Source of the DNA: a bacterium
GTDB taxonomy: Bacteria > Patescibacteriota > Minisyncoccia > Phycocordibacterales > UBA5272
DNA: 36,064 bases
Direction of reading: 5' to 3'
NCBI GenBank assembly: GCA_027482685.1
Contig: JAIXVU010000003.1
Span: 1-36,064, forward strand
Shown here one piece after another: positions 16,335-25,769 of this stretch (position 1 is its first letter; each line of letters begins with the position of its first letter). Below the pieces are notes generated by a model. That model made no database searches. It was not told where the DNA came from and worked only from the letters and a program-made list of their open reading frames with translations. A program made the translations under genes and the position numbers.

Positions 16335-19300
16335 TTATACTACAGACCCAGTGGCTTTTTCTAAAGGCTCACCCTTATTCGCATGCTGGACGTTCCTTTT
16401 TATACGATCTACAAACTGCAGAACACTTTCACCTTTACCTGGATACGCGGTAGATGTAGGTAGCATTCCTATAGGATTTTTTTCTGCCACAAATACACCA
16501 ACAAATTTCTTAATAAGCCTGCTGAACTCTCCTCGAGTACCGTTGGTTACTCCAGGGAGATCAGTGGTTACATGATATAGATCATAAGCAGACATTTTCA
16601 TGAATTCATTAAATGAAGAAGGGTTATCGCTAGTTTTAAATTCGGTGATTGTGCTTTTAATGATTTGTTCACTTGTTAAATTCTCAAGGGTTTCAAAAAA
16701 TGCAATCTGATCTGGGAGTATAAGGACGTCTTTTTTATAGTTTCTTTTTTCAACAAGGCCAGCCTCCTCACTTGTTTCTGTAATCATTTTATTATTAGCT
16801 GATGATGAAGCAACTGCGGTAACAGCAGCTTTACCACTTTCAACGTTGTCTTGTTTGCGAGTGACATATGCCCCACCTGCGCCAAGTAGTATTGCTCCTG
16901 AGAACATAAATGGCCATAACCATGGTCTTGAAAACTTCTTTGATTGTGCCACTAGTGCTTCGTGGAGGTGGGCAACAAGACTTTTTCTTTCCTCTGTTTT
17001 TTTCAACTCTTCAGGTGATTTAGGTGGTACTGGAGGCGCAGACGGTGCTCCAAAATTTCTCATATCTTGACGGGTTTCTGTGGAATTTTCTGCTCCAGGT
17101 GGAGTTTTATCTGGTGCATTACTAGCTCCTCCAAGACTATATGGTGACGTAGGGCCACCAGCAGTAACTGCGCTACCTTTTAAGGTGCCTAATGGTGCGT
17201 CTGGTTTTTTTACAGGATTAGGAGTAGCGCCAGATTGTTGCGGACGAACACTCGTTAATCCGGTTGCAAGAGGATCGTCTAATCCACCCTTTGATAGTAC
17301 ACCCTCAGGGTCCTTGCCTGTTATTGCTACAGTTTCCACCCTATCTTTTTCTAGGCGTGTGTTAATTTCTTCTGGTGTTTGCTTAGAAGCAATTTCGCGT
17401 GCAGCTACTCTGGCTGCGGCAAGATTTTTCCCTTCTTTTGTTGCCATTTCTTTAGCTTCTGCTGCTGGACTGTAGACTAAAGTAGCTCGCTTATGAGCGG
17501 CTCGTGGGTCAATGACAGACTGTTTTGCCGCTTGTGCAAGAGCTGTAAGATCTTCTTCGGTTATTACACCTGATGCAATCTTTTCATTAAGTATTTTTTG
17601 AACAATTTTTTTCTCTTCTGAATATCCTGAAGGAAAACGCAGATCTAGGCGGTAGAGATACTTACGAATGAATTCTACTGGGTTATTATCCGCTTCTTGC
17701 CGGTAGCGTTTTTCTAAGAATTCTAATCGAGAGGTTTCGACGCCTTTCACCTTTATAGCTTGAGCTACTTTGTTTTTTGCTTGTAGAGCTTCATATTCTG
17801 CAACAGATACTGATGTACCGTCACGGAGATGCACTCTTGCGTCATTTGCAGCAACACGATTCGGACGAAGAACTGATCCGTTTATGGTACGCGTTCCACC
17901 CCGCACCCTATCTTCTACAGTAAACCTACTGATAGCATTTCGCGTATTCTCATATCTATCTACTGTTTGTTTGAAAAGGTTAAGTGCTTCTTCGTACGCA
18001 GTAAACTTAGTACCATCAAAAACACCACTATCCTTCTTAACTAGCGCTTTATATTGTTTCAATTTCCCTAATTCTTTTTCTATGTGCTTAGCTGAGTCAG
18101 GACTTACCTCGCCCATAAGCCTTGTTGCTTGTGCTTCAAGTGAGTTAAACTCTTTTTCTTTTGTATCCCATAACTTCTCTATCTTTAGTTGCTCTTCTGC
18201 TTTCTTTCGCTTTACCTCTTCACTTTCAACAATATCTAGACGAGCAAGTTTCCAGTCCTCCTCAGCTTCTTCTAATCCACGATCTAAGTTATCACATACC
18301 ACCAAAGCTTCTTGGAGATTCCCATCTTGAACCTGATTAATAAAATCATTCTCACGTTCAATTACATATTTGTATTTTTCTTTTTTTGCACTTCGTTCTT
18401 TGTATGAACCAGATTCAAAAAAGGCTAAGTATCTGTTGTACAAACCTTTTCTGTTTGCATCGCCATTAAAAATATCTATTAGTCCACGCCAACTTACTTC
18501 ATTTTCTTTTATACGAACTGGTTTACCATCGCGAATCAGATAAACGCCGTTTAGCAAGGCCTCATCTTTTGAGTTTTTATTTGAAGTAGTAGTAACTACA
18601 CGTATAATCCCTTCAAGGGACATACGAATAACAAGAGGTATTGGGGCTTTATCAGGTGTTGGTGGTTCTGGTGGATCAGAAGGTGGGTCTGAAGGAGGTG
18701 GAGGCGGAGAAGGCGGTCCAGATGGCGGAGGTGGTGTCGTCCCTCCTCCAGACGGGCTTGGTGATGTAGCTGACGGGTCGGATGCTATTGCAGGGTCAGG
18801 AATGGTAGGTGGAGTAACAGCTGATGTTGCAACTGTTGGAACAGGTGAAGAAAGAACAGGGTTGTTTACAAGAGCTTGACGCCGAACGAACTGTTTTCTT
18901 GAATCATCCTCAGCGTCTTCATTGCGCAGGCTTGCTTGATAGTCGTCCCAGCCACGCGCTGCGTCGTCTTCATCAAGAGGGATTGTACGACCTTTCTTCG
19001 GACGAAGAACTCCCATGATTCCTTTTTTCGAACCCCGTTCCGCCCTTAGAAGATTTTCTCTTGATGCAATTGCTTGATCTAAAACTTTTCCAAGCTCTCT
19101 TGCTAAATTATCTGCCTCATTAACATTTCCTGTTTGTAAAAGATCTATAACAGCATCTTTTAAAGTAGTAAGTTCTGGGGCGTTATTCTGATCATCAAGT
19201 GAAAGAATAAAATCAACATAGTTTTCTAGCGTTGCCTTAATCATGTGGAAGTCATGTGCTTCTTTTGTAGACAAAACTCGCACCCCTTTTTGGGTTTTGA

Positions 19301-20192
19301 TTTTGTACTTCCCTTTAACTCTTCCGTCAGGAAATATATTAAGAATTTCTATATCTTTTATTTCACGCTCTCTGGGTGTTTTGAGAACATCTACAGCATT
19401 AAGAACCTCTGGTGTTGTAAGAGAAACATCTTTTGGTTGTAAGAAATCTTGTGGATAATCTGACGGCGTATCTAGTTGAGGTTTTTCTAGTGATGCATCT
19501 ATAATCTCTGATAGTTCTGTTGTTTTCGTTTCAAAGCTAACAACCAGAGAATCTAGTTGGTCAATAACCTCTTGAGTGAGAGAGATGTCGTCTGTTGATA
19601 GAAGTGTTTGTATCTCTTGTTTTAATTTTTGTATCTCATCTGTATCTTTTTGTGTATCAGAGTCAATGTGATACGAAGCAAGTTTTGCAAGTTGTAACGT
19701 TATAATCACATCTTGTCGTGCGAACTTTTCCCTTAACCCTCCAAGCTTTTTGCTATAGACAAGAGCTAGTGCTAGCTTTTGATTTTCTTCATCTAATGCC
19801 GCCTTCTCTCTATCTAATGCTTCCAGTTCCTCATCCATTTCAGGGTATCTGTTCTTAGTATCCGGTGCAGTGGAAGCATCTTGAATTTCCTTGCCAAACT
19901 TACCACCAGAGATATTTGTAGGCAAAGCAGAAGTGTCATCCAAAGGAGTGGTGATACCGTCACCATTTGTAATACTATAGGTTGGTTGTCTGTTATATTT
20001 TAAGCGATTTGAAAAGGACCGTGGTGCTATGTTATCAGCAGGTATTTCTCCTGTGTCTGGGTTCACTCTATAAAACCCTCCTGTTTCTGCGGTAACTCTC
20101 TGTTCATGCCTAAAAATAGACCCATCCCCACTATTTACTTGAGCAGGGTCAACGCCATCCGGCTCTGTGATGTTTAGATCTCTACCAGACAT
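16335..20192 (-). CDS. Large orphan protein (1285 aa): coiled coils, Pro-rich linker, single TM helix near the C-terminus
   Basis: Uninterrupted 3.9-kb ORF with no signal peptide. PPPPSGPPSPPPPPSDPP linker. Hydrophobic PWLWPFMFSGAILLGAGGAYV about 180 aa from the C-terminus. Confidence 0.85.
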   Translation of the reverse strand: MSGRDLNITEPDGVDPAQVNSGDGSIFRHEQRVTAETGGFYRVNPDTGEIPADNIAPRSFSNRLKYNRQPTYSITNGDGITTPLDDTSALPTNISGGKFGKEIQDASTAPDTKNRYPEMDEELEALDREKAALDEENQKLALALVYSKKLGGLREKFARQDVIITLQLAKLASYHIDSDTQKDTDEIQKLKQEIQTLLSTDDISLTQEVIDQLDSLVVSFETKTTELSEIIDASLEKPQLDTPSDYPQDFLQPKDVSLTTPEVLNAVDVLKTPREREIKDIEILNIFPDGRVKGKYKIKTQKGVRVLSTKEAHDFHMIKATLENYVDFILSLDDQNNAPELTTLKDAVIDLLQTGNVNEADNLARELGKVLDQAIASRENLLRAERGSKKGIMGVLRPKKGRTIPLDEDDAARGWDDYQASLRNEDAEDDSRKQFVRRQALVNNPVLSSPVPTVATSAVTPPTIPDPAIASDPSATSPSPSGGGTTPPPPSGPPSPPPPPSDPPSDPPEPPTPDKAPIPLVIRMSLEGIIRVVTTTSNKNSKDEALLNGVYLIRDGKPVRIKENEVSWRGLIDIFNGDANRKGLYNRYLAFFESGSYKERSAKKEKYKYVIERENDFINQVQDGNLQEALVVCDNLDRGLEEAEEDWKLARLDIVESEEVKRKKAEEQLKIEKLWDTKEKEFNSLEAQATRLMGEVSPDSAKHIEKELGKLKQYKALVKKDSGVFDGTKFTAYEEALNLFKQTVDRYENTRNAISRFTVEDRVRGGTRTINGSVLRPNRVAANDARVHLRDGTSVSVAEYEALQAKNKVAQAIKVKGVETSRLEFLEKRYRQEADNNPVEFIRKYLYRLDLRFPSGYSEEKKIVQKILNEKIASGVITEEDLTALAQAAKQSVIDPRAAHKRATLVYSPAAEAKEMATKEGKNLAAARVAAREIASKQTPEEINTRLEKDRVETVAITGKDPEGVLSKGGLDDPLATGLTSVRPQQSGATPNPVKKPDAPLGTLKGSAVTAGGPTSPYSLGGASNAPDKTPPGAENSTETRQDMRNFGAPSAPPVPPKSPEELKKTEERKSLVAHLHEALVAQSKKFSRPWLWPFMFSGAILLGAGGAYVTRKQDNVESGKAAVTAVASSSANNKMITETSEEAGLVEKRNYKKDVLILPDQIAFFETLENLTSEQIIKSTITEFKTSDNPSSFNEFMKMSAYDLYHVTTDLPGVTNGTRGEFSRLIKKFVGVFVAEKNPIGMLPTSTAYPGKGESVLQFVDRIKRNVQHANKGEPLEKATGSVV

Positions 20193-20300
20193 AATTTTCT
20201 CTAGTATACTTTAATTTGCAAGACTTTTGGGGAACTTCTCCACAATATCTCCTATGTTACAAGCCTGCTTCTGCACTTGTGTGTATGTGGGTAATTGAGG

Positions 20301-20329
20301 TTGTCGCCAGCCCCCTTTCCTGATAGAAT
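20301..20329 (+). promoter_or_regulatory. Sigma70-type promoter for the LysM-M23 gene
   Basis: TTGTCG, 17-nt spacer, TAGAAT, with TG at the extended -10 position. Confidence 0.55.
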
Positions 20330-20421
20330 AAATTTACACTCATCAATATCTTGTTTCTACAACAACTTTAGAATATGTCAAAGCACTCCAGTGTTCTACC
20401 ATAGCTCTACACTACCCTTAC

Positions 20422-21480
20422 ATGCCCAAGTGGTCATCTACAATTAAATCGTTTCTATCTATCGCCTTGCTTGCGGTCTTGATAAGTACTCCTTATACAG
20501 CATATGCTCTTGGGTTGTCTGCTTTTACTGATAAAGTAAGACAACTTTTTGCAAATAATAGTAAAGACGATGTACCGGAAGCGGAAACATCTCAGACCAT
20601 ACAATTCTTCAAGCCTGTAATTGTTGACGAAGATAGCATGTCAACTGGCGAATCAACAGGAGACGCCTCATCAAGTAACGCTCTTCAGGCAGTGAGCGGG
20701 CCAATGCGCGTATCAACAGAAGATATTGATTTTCCAGCATCAGATCTTATTAATGTTTATGAAGTAAAGAAAGGAGATACATTAGCTGATGTTGCAAAGC
20801 TCTTTAATGTATCAAGAAATACTATCATTTGGGCAAATGATCTGAAGTCACAAACACTCACCCCTGGAGACGTCCTTCTTATCTTACCGATGACCGGTAT
20901 CAAGCATGTTATTAAGAAAGGTGATACGGTTACAACTATTGCTAAAAAGTATAACGCAGATGAGGGAGATATCGCAGACTTTAATGGTGTTGCAGTAGAC
21001 GCAAAACTTTCTGTTGGAGATACACTTCTAGTGCCAGATGGTGAACTTGCAATAGTTACACCACCAAAGAAAAAAACAACTGCAAAAGTTACAGGTAAGA
21101 GTAAAGTACTCGAGAGGTATACAAGTCCAACTGCTGAAGGGTTCCTCATTCGCCCTCTAGTTGGTGGCACTAGAACCCAAGGAATACACGGACATAATGG
21201 AGTAGACATCGCAGCGACTCCTGGTACAGCAGTTATTGCATCAGCCAATGGAAGAGTTATCGCTGCAAAAGTTGGTGGATACAACGGAGGATACGGTAAT
21301 ATGGTGATTATCATGCACGATGGAAACATCCAGACAGTGTATGCTCACCTAAAAACAGTAACTGTAATAACAGGACAAGAAGTAGCCCGTGGTCAGAAGA
21401 TTGGAGAAGTTGGTAACACCGGCCGTTCAACCGGACCACATCTTCACTTCGAAGTCCGTGGAGCACGTAATCCATTCTAA
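20422..21480 (+). CDS. LysM x2 plus M23 metallopeptidase (peptidoglycan DD-endopeptidase)
   Basis: Signal peptide. LysM repeats YEVKKGDTLADVAKLFNV and HVIKKGDTVTTIAKKY. Zn motifs HNGVD, YAHL and TGPHLHFEV. Confidence 0.95.
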   Translation: MPKWSSTIKSFLSIALLAVLISTPYTAYALGLSAFTDKVRQLFANNSKDDVPEAETSQTIQFFKPVIVDEDSMSTGESTGDASSSNALQAVSGPMRVSTEDIDFPASDLINVYEVKKGDTLADVAKLFNVSRNTIIWANDLKSQTLTPGDVLLILPMTGIKHVIKKGDTVTTIAKKYNADEGDIADFNGVAVDAKLSVGDTLLVPDGELAIVTPPKKKTTAKVTGKSKVLERYTSPTAEGFLIRPLVGGTRTQGIHGHNGVDIAATPGTAVIASANGRVIAAKVGGYNGGYGNMVIIMHDGNIQTVYAHLKTVTVITGQEVARGQKIGEVGNTGRSTGPHLHFEVRGARNPF

Positions 21481-22121
21481 GGACTAGGGGTTAGAGGTTA
21501 GACTGTTAGGGGTTAGGTAAATATGAATAATCTACTTTAGTTCATATGTCCACCCAGGTTGCCAAGTGAAATGAGACGAGGTTAATACCTCAAGAGGTAT
21601 TCCTTTGATTATGTTGTTTAATCCATACTGTGTGGCACGATGACCAATAATCATAACTTTTTTATTATTATAATTCTTTTTTAAGTCATTTAAGAAACTT
21701 CGCATTCTTTCAGTTGTTTGCGCGTAACTTTCTCCATTGGGGAATGGCGTAGTAATTCTTTTTGGTTTTTCTACATCAACAATATGAGATGGGTTTTGAG
21801 TAAAATCACCATAGTTGCATTCCCGCAATCGAGCGTCTTGTATGATTGGGAATTTTGTACCAAACGCTAACTCTGCACTCTTATATGAACGCTGTAAATC
21901 AGAACAGAATATTGCGTCAAACATTGTATCTTTATACCTTCCCCCCATTTCTTTTGATTGTGTGATTCCTAAAGGTGAAAGAGCCACGTCATTATAGCCA
22001 GATGATAGTTTTGCCTCATTATCAAATGTCGTTCCATGAGCTTCAAAAATTATTGTAACCATCTTAAAATCTTATCATTTATTATCATACTTTACGAATT
22101 GAATTTTCTAACCCCTAGTCC
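21481..22121. repeat. 15-bp perfect inverted repeats enclosing the histidine phosphatase gene
   Basis: ggactaggggttaga at 21481-21495 and its reverse complement tctaacccctagtcc at 22107-22121. The left copy continues as degenerate gttag-core repeats. Confidence 0.85.
21532..22062 (-). CDS. Histidine phosphatase (phosphoglycerate mutase-like) family protein
   Basis: FEAHGTT (RHG-like), DVALSPLG, FCSDLQRS, LRECNYG, FPNGES, IIGH. Confidence 0.88.
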   Translation of the reverse strand: MVTIIFEAHGTTFDNEAKLSSGYNDVALSPLGITQSKEMGGRYKDTMFDAIFCSDLQRSYKSAELAFGTKFPIIQDARLRECNYGDFTQNPSHIVDVEKPKRITTPFPNGESYAQTTERMRSFLNDLKKNYNNKKVMIIGHRATQYGLNNIIKGIPLEVLTSSHFTWQPGWTYELK

Positions 22122-22195
22122 CCTAAACATTTGTAAACAAATGTCGGGCGTTCATTTGCCATGAACCCAGCAAATGAATTAGCCTAACTTTCTAA

Positions 22196-23749
22196 TTACA
22201 CCCTATCTTGATACAACTTCGGTCGATATTGAAACGCTTCTAATATGTCAGCTTCTGTAACATCTTGTGATTGTTTGAGGTCGGCTATTGTACGCGCAAG
22301 ACGTAGTACTCGGTGGTATGCACGCGGAGAGAGTGCGTAAGAAGTAGACAATTTTTTCATGAGAGTACTTGCTTGATCATGAAGTGGAATGTGTATCTCG
22401 ATGTCTTTTGCTTTCAGGTCTTTATTCTTTGTAATTGTGCTATTTTTTTCTTTGAAGCGCTTTAATGCAAAGTCTCGTGCCTGTATAACCTGCGCGCGTA
22501 CCACCTCACCATCCTCCCCTTCGCTTGCCTGAGATAACGTATCGTAATCTATGTGTTGTACTGGTACCCACATATCTATGCGGTCCATAATTGGACCAGA
22601 TAACTTGCGTGCGTATCTATCAATATCAGATGATTTACAGATGCAACGCTTGAGCTTACTCCCCATGTAACCACATGGGCACGGGTTCATAGAAGCAATA
22701 AGAGTACACGATGCGGGAAAGTTAAAAGTACCTTTTGCACGAGCTACAGATATAGACCCTTCTTCAAGTGGTTCTCGTAATGATTCAATTACTTTTTTAT
22801 CAAACTCAGGGAATTCATCCATGAAAAGTACCCCATGATGTGCAAGTGTAACCTCACCAGGTTTTGGAGTAGCCCCTCCTCCAACAAGTGATACATATGA
22901 TGAAGTATGGTGCGGACTGCGAAATGGCGGATGCGTAATGATAGATGTTTTTTTGTGCGAGACGGAATGTATACGCGTAACTTCAAGTGCTTCTATCTGT
23001 GTAAGCGGAGGAAGTATCCCAGTGAACGCTCGTGCGAGCATAGTCTTTCCTGTTCCTGGAGGTCCATAAAGAGCGATGTTATGACCCCCTGCTGCAGCAA
23101 TTAGTAATGCACGCTTCGCACTTTCCTGTCCACGAATATGAGAGAAGTTAGTGAATGACTCAGGCTTCACGTATACCATCTCAGTATGTGGTGTAGGAGA
23201 AATCTCAACTAGAGATGTCACACCATCAATTGTTCCACCTAGGTGTAACACAAGTTCTTGTATGGACTTGCATCCGTATACAGTTATGCCGTCTACGAGT
23301 GCTGCTTCTTCGCGATTTGCATGGGGAACATAGAGAGACTTTACCCCGTTTCTCTTCGCACATTCTGCAATTGAGAGTGCGCCTGTCATTGGCAGTATTT
23401 CACCAGTAAGTGATAGCTCACCAACGAACCATCCGATATCACTCGGTATTTGTAATTGTTTAGACGCAACAAGATAGGTGAGTAATATCGGTACATCAAA
23501 ATGCGATCCTTCTTTCTTTATCTCTGCTGGTATGAGAGATACCGTAACTTTATGATTTTCAGTTTTTGGGTTTCGTAGTCCACTGTTACGAAGGGCGGCA
23601 ATAATTCTATCTTTACTCTCATCAATTGCCTTATCAGGAAGCCCAACAATAGAGAAAGAATATAGACCAGAGGATACATCTACTTCAATCGTTACTTTCT
23701 CTCCGTGTAGCCCGATTATGTGGGCGCTTCCGAGTGCAGCTACGCTCAT
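22196..23749 (-). CDS. comM: ComM/YifB Mg-chelatase-like AAA+ ATPase
   Basis: IVGLPD, KEGSHFD, GELSLTG, GPPGTGKT, FRSPHH, PGEVTLAHHGVLFMDE, MNPCPCG, SGPIMDRID, ARTIADL. Confidence 0.93.
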   Translation of the reverse strand: MSVAALGSAHIIGLHGEKVTIEVDVSSGLYSFSIVGLPDKAIDESKDRIIAALRNSGLRNPKTENHKVTVSLIPAEIKKEGSHFDVPILLTYLVASKQLQIPSDIGWFVGELSLTGEILPMTGALSIAECAKRNGVKSLYVPHANREEAALVDGITVYGCKSIQELVLHLGGTIDGVTSLVEISPTPHTEMVYVKPESFTNFSHIRGQESAKRALLIAAAGGHNIALYGPPGTGKTMLARAFTGILPPLTQIEALEVTRIHSVSHKKTSIITHPPFRSPHHTSSYVSLVGGGATPKPGEVTLAHHGVLFMDEFPEFDKKVIESLREPLEEGSISVARAKGTFNFPASCTLIASMNPCPCGYMGSKLKRCICKSSDIDRYARKLSGPIMDRIDMWVPVQHIDYDTLSQASEGEDGEVVRAQVIQARDFALKRFKEKNSTITKNKDLKAKDIEIHIPLHDQASTLMKKLSTSYALSPRAYHRVLRLARTIADLKQSQDVTEADILEAFQYRPKLYQDRV

Positions 23750-24600
23750 TAGCGTAGTATATCATTTTTTAGAGAGAGAATCCCTTCGATTGTTGTCGAG
23801 AAAACAACAGCTTTTTCTTGGATAAACGCGTAATAAATAGTACTATTCCCAGATTTTCCAACTCTAATATTTTGGTTAGATACAGTAGTGTCGTAGAACG
23901 TAAAAGGAATTGGCTCTACAGAGAGTATCTGTCGTTCACCGGCGGATTCATCACGCACAGAGCCATCTGTTGCTATCGCCTGGGTAGATGAACTTGTACT
24001 TGCTTGGTTAAGGTTTGTTGATGATGTAGCTAAGGCTTGTTTACCAGGCAGTTTATTTGACGTGCTTGTTGGGGTTGGTGTTACGATAGCAGGAGGTGGC
24101 GTGAGTTCATCGACATAGATTGTTTTTGTCTCTTGTGGTACACCGAGAGATTTTGCCAGACTTGCCCCATACGAACTTTCGTTACGAAGCATGTATGAGA
24201 ATACAGGTGGATAGGAGTTAATATAAAGTATATAGCCCAAGTTAGTCTTTTGTATTTTAGTTACATACCTACCAAGCGCATCTGGAAATTCCGGAGATAG
24301 TCCCCCGAGAAGTCTCTCAGGGGTTTTCGTTGTTGATGTTGCGTTTGTGATAGGAACGATAACAGGAGGGGTGCTTATTTCTTTATAGTACGTATATCCA
24401 AAGTACACAGCAACAAGCGCAATTATTACAAAAAGAGCGCTCACACCTATTAAGATGACAGGACTTTTCTTTGGTGATTCTGCTTGTACTTGGGTGCCAG
24501 CATCTTGAGCAACGGTTGGAACTTGCCGGACCGTTGCCTCTTTTGCTTTCATCTCTTCTGCAATATCTTTTTCTAATGTTTCTATGTTTTCAAGTGCCAT
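23749..24600 (-). CDS. Single-pass membrane hypothetical protein, translationally coupled to comM
   Basis: One TM helix, Thr/Ser/Pro-rich insert. Its TAA overlaps the comM ATG (TAATG). Confidence 0.75.
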   Translation of the reverse strand: MALENIETLEKDIAEEMKAKEATVRQVPTVAQDAGTQVQAESPKKSPVILIGVSALFVIIALVAVYFGYTYYKEISTPPVIVPITNATSTTKTPERLLGGLSPEFPDALGRYVTKIQKTNLGYILYINSYPPVFSYMLRNESSYGASLAKSLGVPQETKTIYVDELTPPPAIVTPTPTSTSNKLPGKQALATSSTNLNQASTSSSTQAIATDGSVRDESAGERQILSVEPIPFTFYDTTVSNQNIRVGKSGNSTIYYAFIQEKAVVFSTTIEGILSLKNDILR

Positions 24601-24673
24601 GTTAGATAGTCTTAGTGTAACCTCTCTTACAAAGAGTGGCTAGTGTATGAGGGCAATGACTACTTTACGTGTA

Positions 24674-25297
24674 TTATTTTTCCTCACCAGTGAAGATGCC
24701 CAAGTTTTCATCTGAGAACTCTTGTACAACCTGAGGTTTTTTTATTTGTACTCGCTTTTTTTTGGTAACGACACCTCCTCTATGGGTGCGGTATCCTATA
24801 AGATACTTCTCAGGAGTATCACACATATCAATAAAGTCTTCACAGACTGCACGGAGTTTGCTTGATGTTGAACGACCAAATGAGATAACTTCTACTTGAA
24901 CACCAAAGTGTTCTTTAAGGAAGTTAACAAGAGGCTCGAAATCTCCATCCCCTGTTGCAAGCACGATAGTGTCTACCTTTGGAGCAAGTCTAATTGCATC
25001 AACCGCAAGGCCAACATCCCAGTCAGCTTTTTTTGCTCCACCGTAAAAGATCTGAAGGTCCTTAGTTTTCGTTTCGATACCAAGCTTGGTGAGGGCTTCG
25101 AAGAATTGCGTCTCGTCTCCCGCTTCTGTTGTGATAACGTATGCAAGCGCACGGATAAGCTTACGCTTTCCTACCGCTGTATCCATGATTGAGCCGAAGT
25201 TTACTTTTGTGTTGTATAAATTTTTTGCACTGTGATATAGATTTTGAGTATCTATAAATACTGCGACACGCTGGTCGCCGTGTTTGATAACTGACAT
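24674..25297 (-). CDS. NYN domain (LabA/DUF88, PIN-fold) protein
   Basis: VAVFIDTQNLY, KKADWDVGLAVDAI, LATGDGDFEPL, VEV, and CEDFID motifs. Confidence 0.93.
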   Translation of the reverse strand: MSVIKHGDQRVAVFIDTQNLYHSAKNLYNTKVNFGSIMDTAVGKRKLIRALAYVITTEAGDETQFFEALTKLGIETKTKDLQIFYGGAKKADWDVGLAVDAIRLAPKVDTIVLATGDGDFEPLVNFLKEHFGVQVEVISFGRSTSSKLRAVCEDFIDMCDTPEKYLIGYRTHRGGVVTKKKRVQIKKPQVVQEFSDENLGIFTGEEK

Positions 25298-25410
25298 AGA
25301 TTAGTTGTTAGTTTCAAGTTGTTAGTAACTATAAAAGATGTACAACAACACTCATTAAAAACTTTTTAATATTAAAAGAGAAACTATAGTTAGTATACAC
25401 TGATATATGA

Positions 25411-25436
25411 TAAGTGGCGCCTTACGACGCCACTTA
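25411..25436 (-). terminator. Hairpin downstream of rpsO (probable terminator)
   Basis: Minus strand taagtggcgtc-GTAA-ggcgccactta (one G:U pair, GNRA loop), 10 nt after the rpsO stop. The U-tract is weak. Confidence 0.6.
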
Positions 25437-25446
25437 CTTCTTTACA

Positions 25447-25710
25447 TTACTTAAGACCGAGCTTTGTTACAAGCTGTGTGTAACGCTTCTTGTTAGTTCT
25501 TTCTAGGTACTTAAGGTGAGTACGGCGATCAGCAACCATCTGGATAAGCCCACGGCGTGAGTGATTATCCTTCTTGTGTTCCTTAAGATGATTGGTAAGT
25601 TCTGTAATTTTCTTACTCAAAAGTGACACTTGAACCTCAGGAGATCCAGTATCTGTCGTATGAATTTGAACGTTTTTGATGGCGGTTGCCTTTTTTCGTG
25701 CAGTAAGCAT
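25447..25710 (-). CDS. rpsO: 30S ribosomal protein S15 (87 aa)
   Basis: Start reassigned to ATG 25710 (MLTARKK...). DTGSPEVQV, HLKEHKKDNHSRRGL, LKYL...LGLK. Confidence 0.97.
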   Translation of the reverse strand: MLTARKKATAIKNVQIHTTDTGSPEVQVSLLSKKITELTNHLKEHKKDNHSRRGLIQMVADRRTHLKYLERTNKKRYTQLVTKLGLK

Positions 25711-25740
25711 AATAATTGCGTATTTGTTAACTATTGACAT

Positions 25741-25769
25741 AGTGTAGCACACATTGTCAGAAAAAGCAA
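25741..25769 (-). promoter_or_regulatory. rpsO promoter
   Basis: Minus strand TTGCTT, 17-nt spacer, TACACT, with a TG extension. Confidence 0.65.

Noticed and set aside
18640-18860. GGW-rich repetitive DNA as a CRISPR or tandem array
   Set aside because: It is explained by poly-Pro codons in the 1285-aa ORF. No repeat-spacer structure or cas genes occur in the window.
20375-20404. 9-codon upstream ORF (MSKHSSVLP) before the M23 gene
   Set aside because: Too short, with no initiation signal or attenuator structure; expected by chance.
20757-21329. Long antisense ORFs (also 17770-18330, 26263-26763, 26983-27480, 31363-31794)
   Set aside because: They are shadows of well-supported genes on the opposite strand and have no recognisable motifs.
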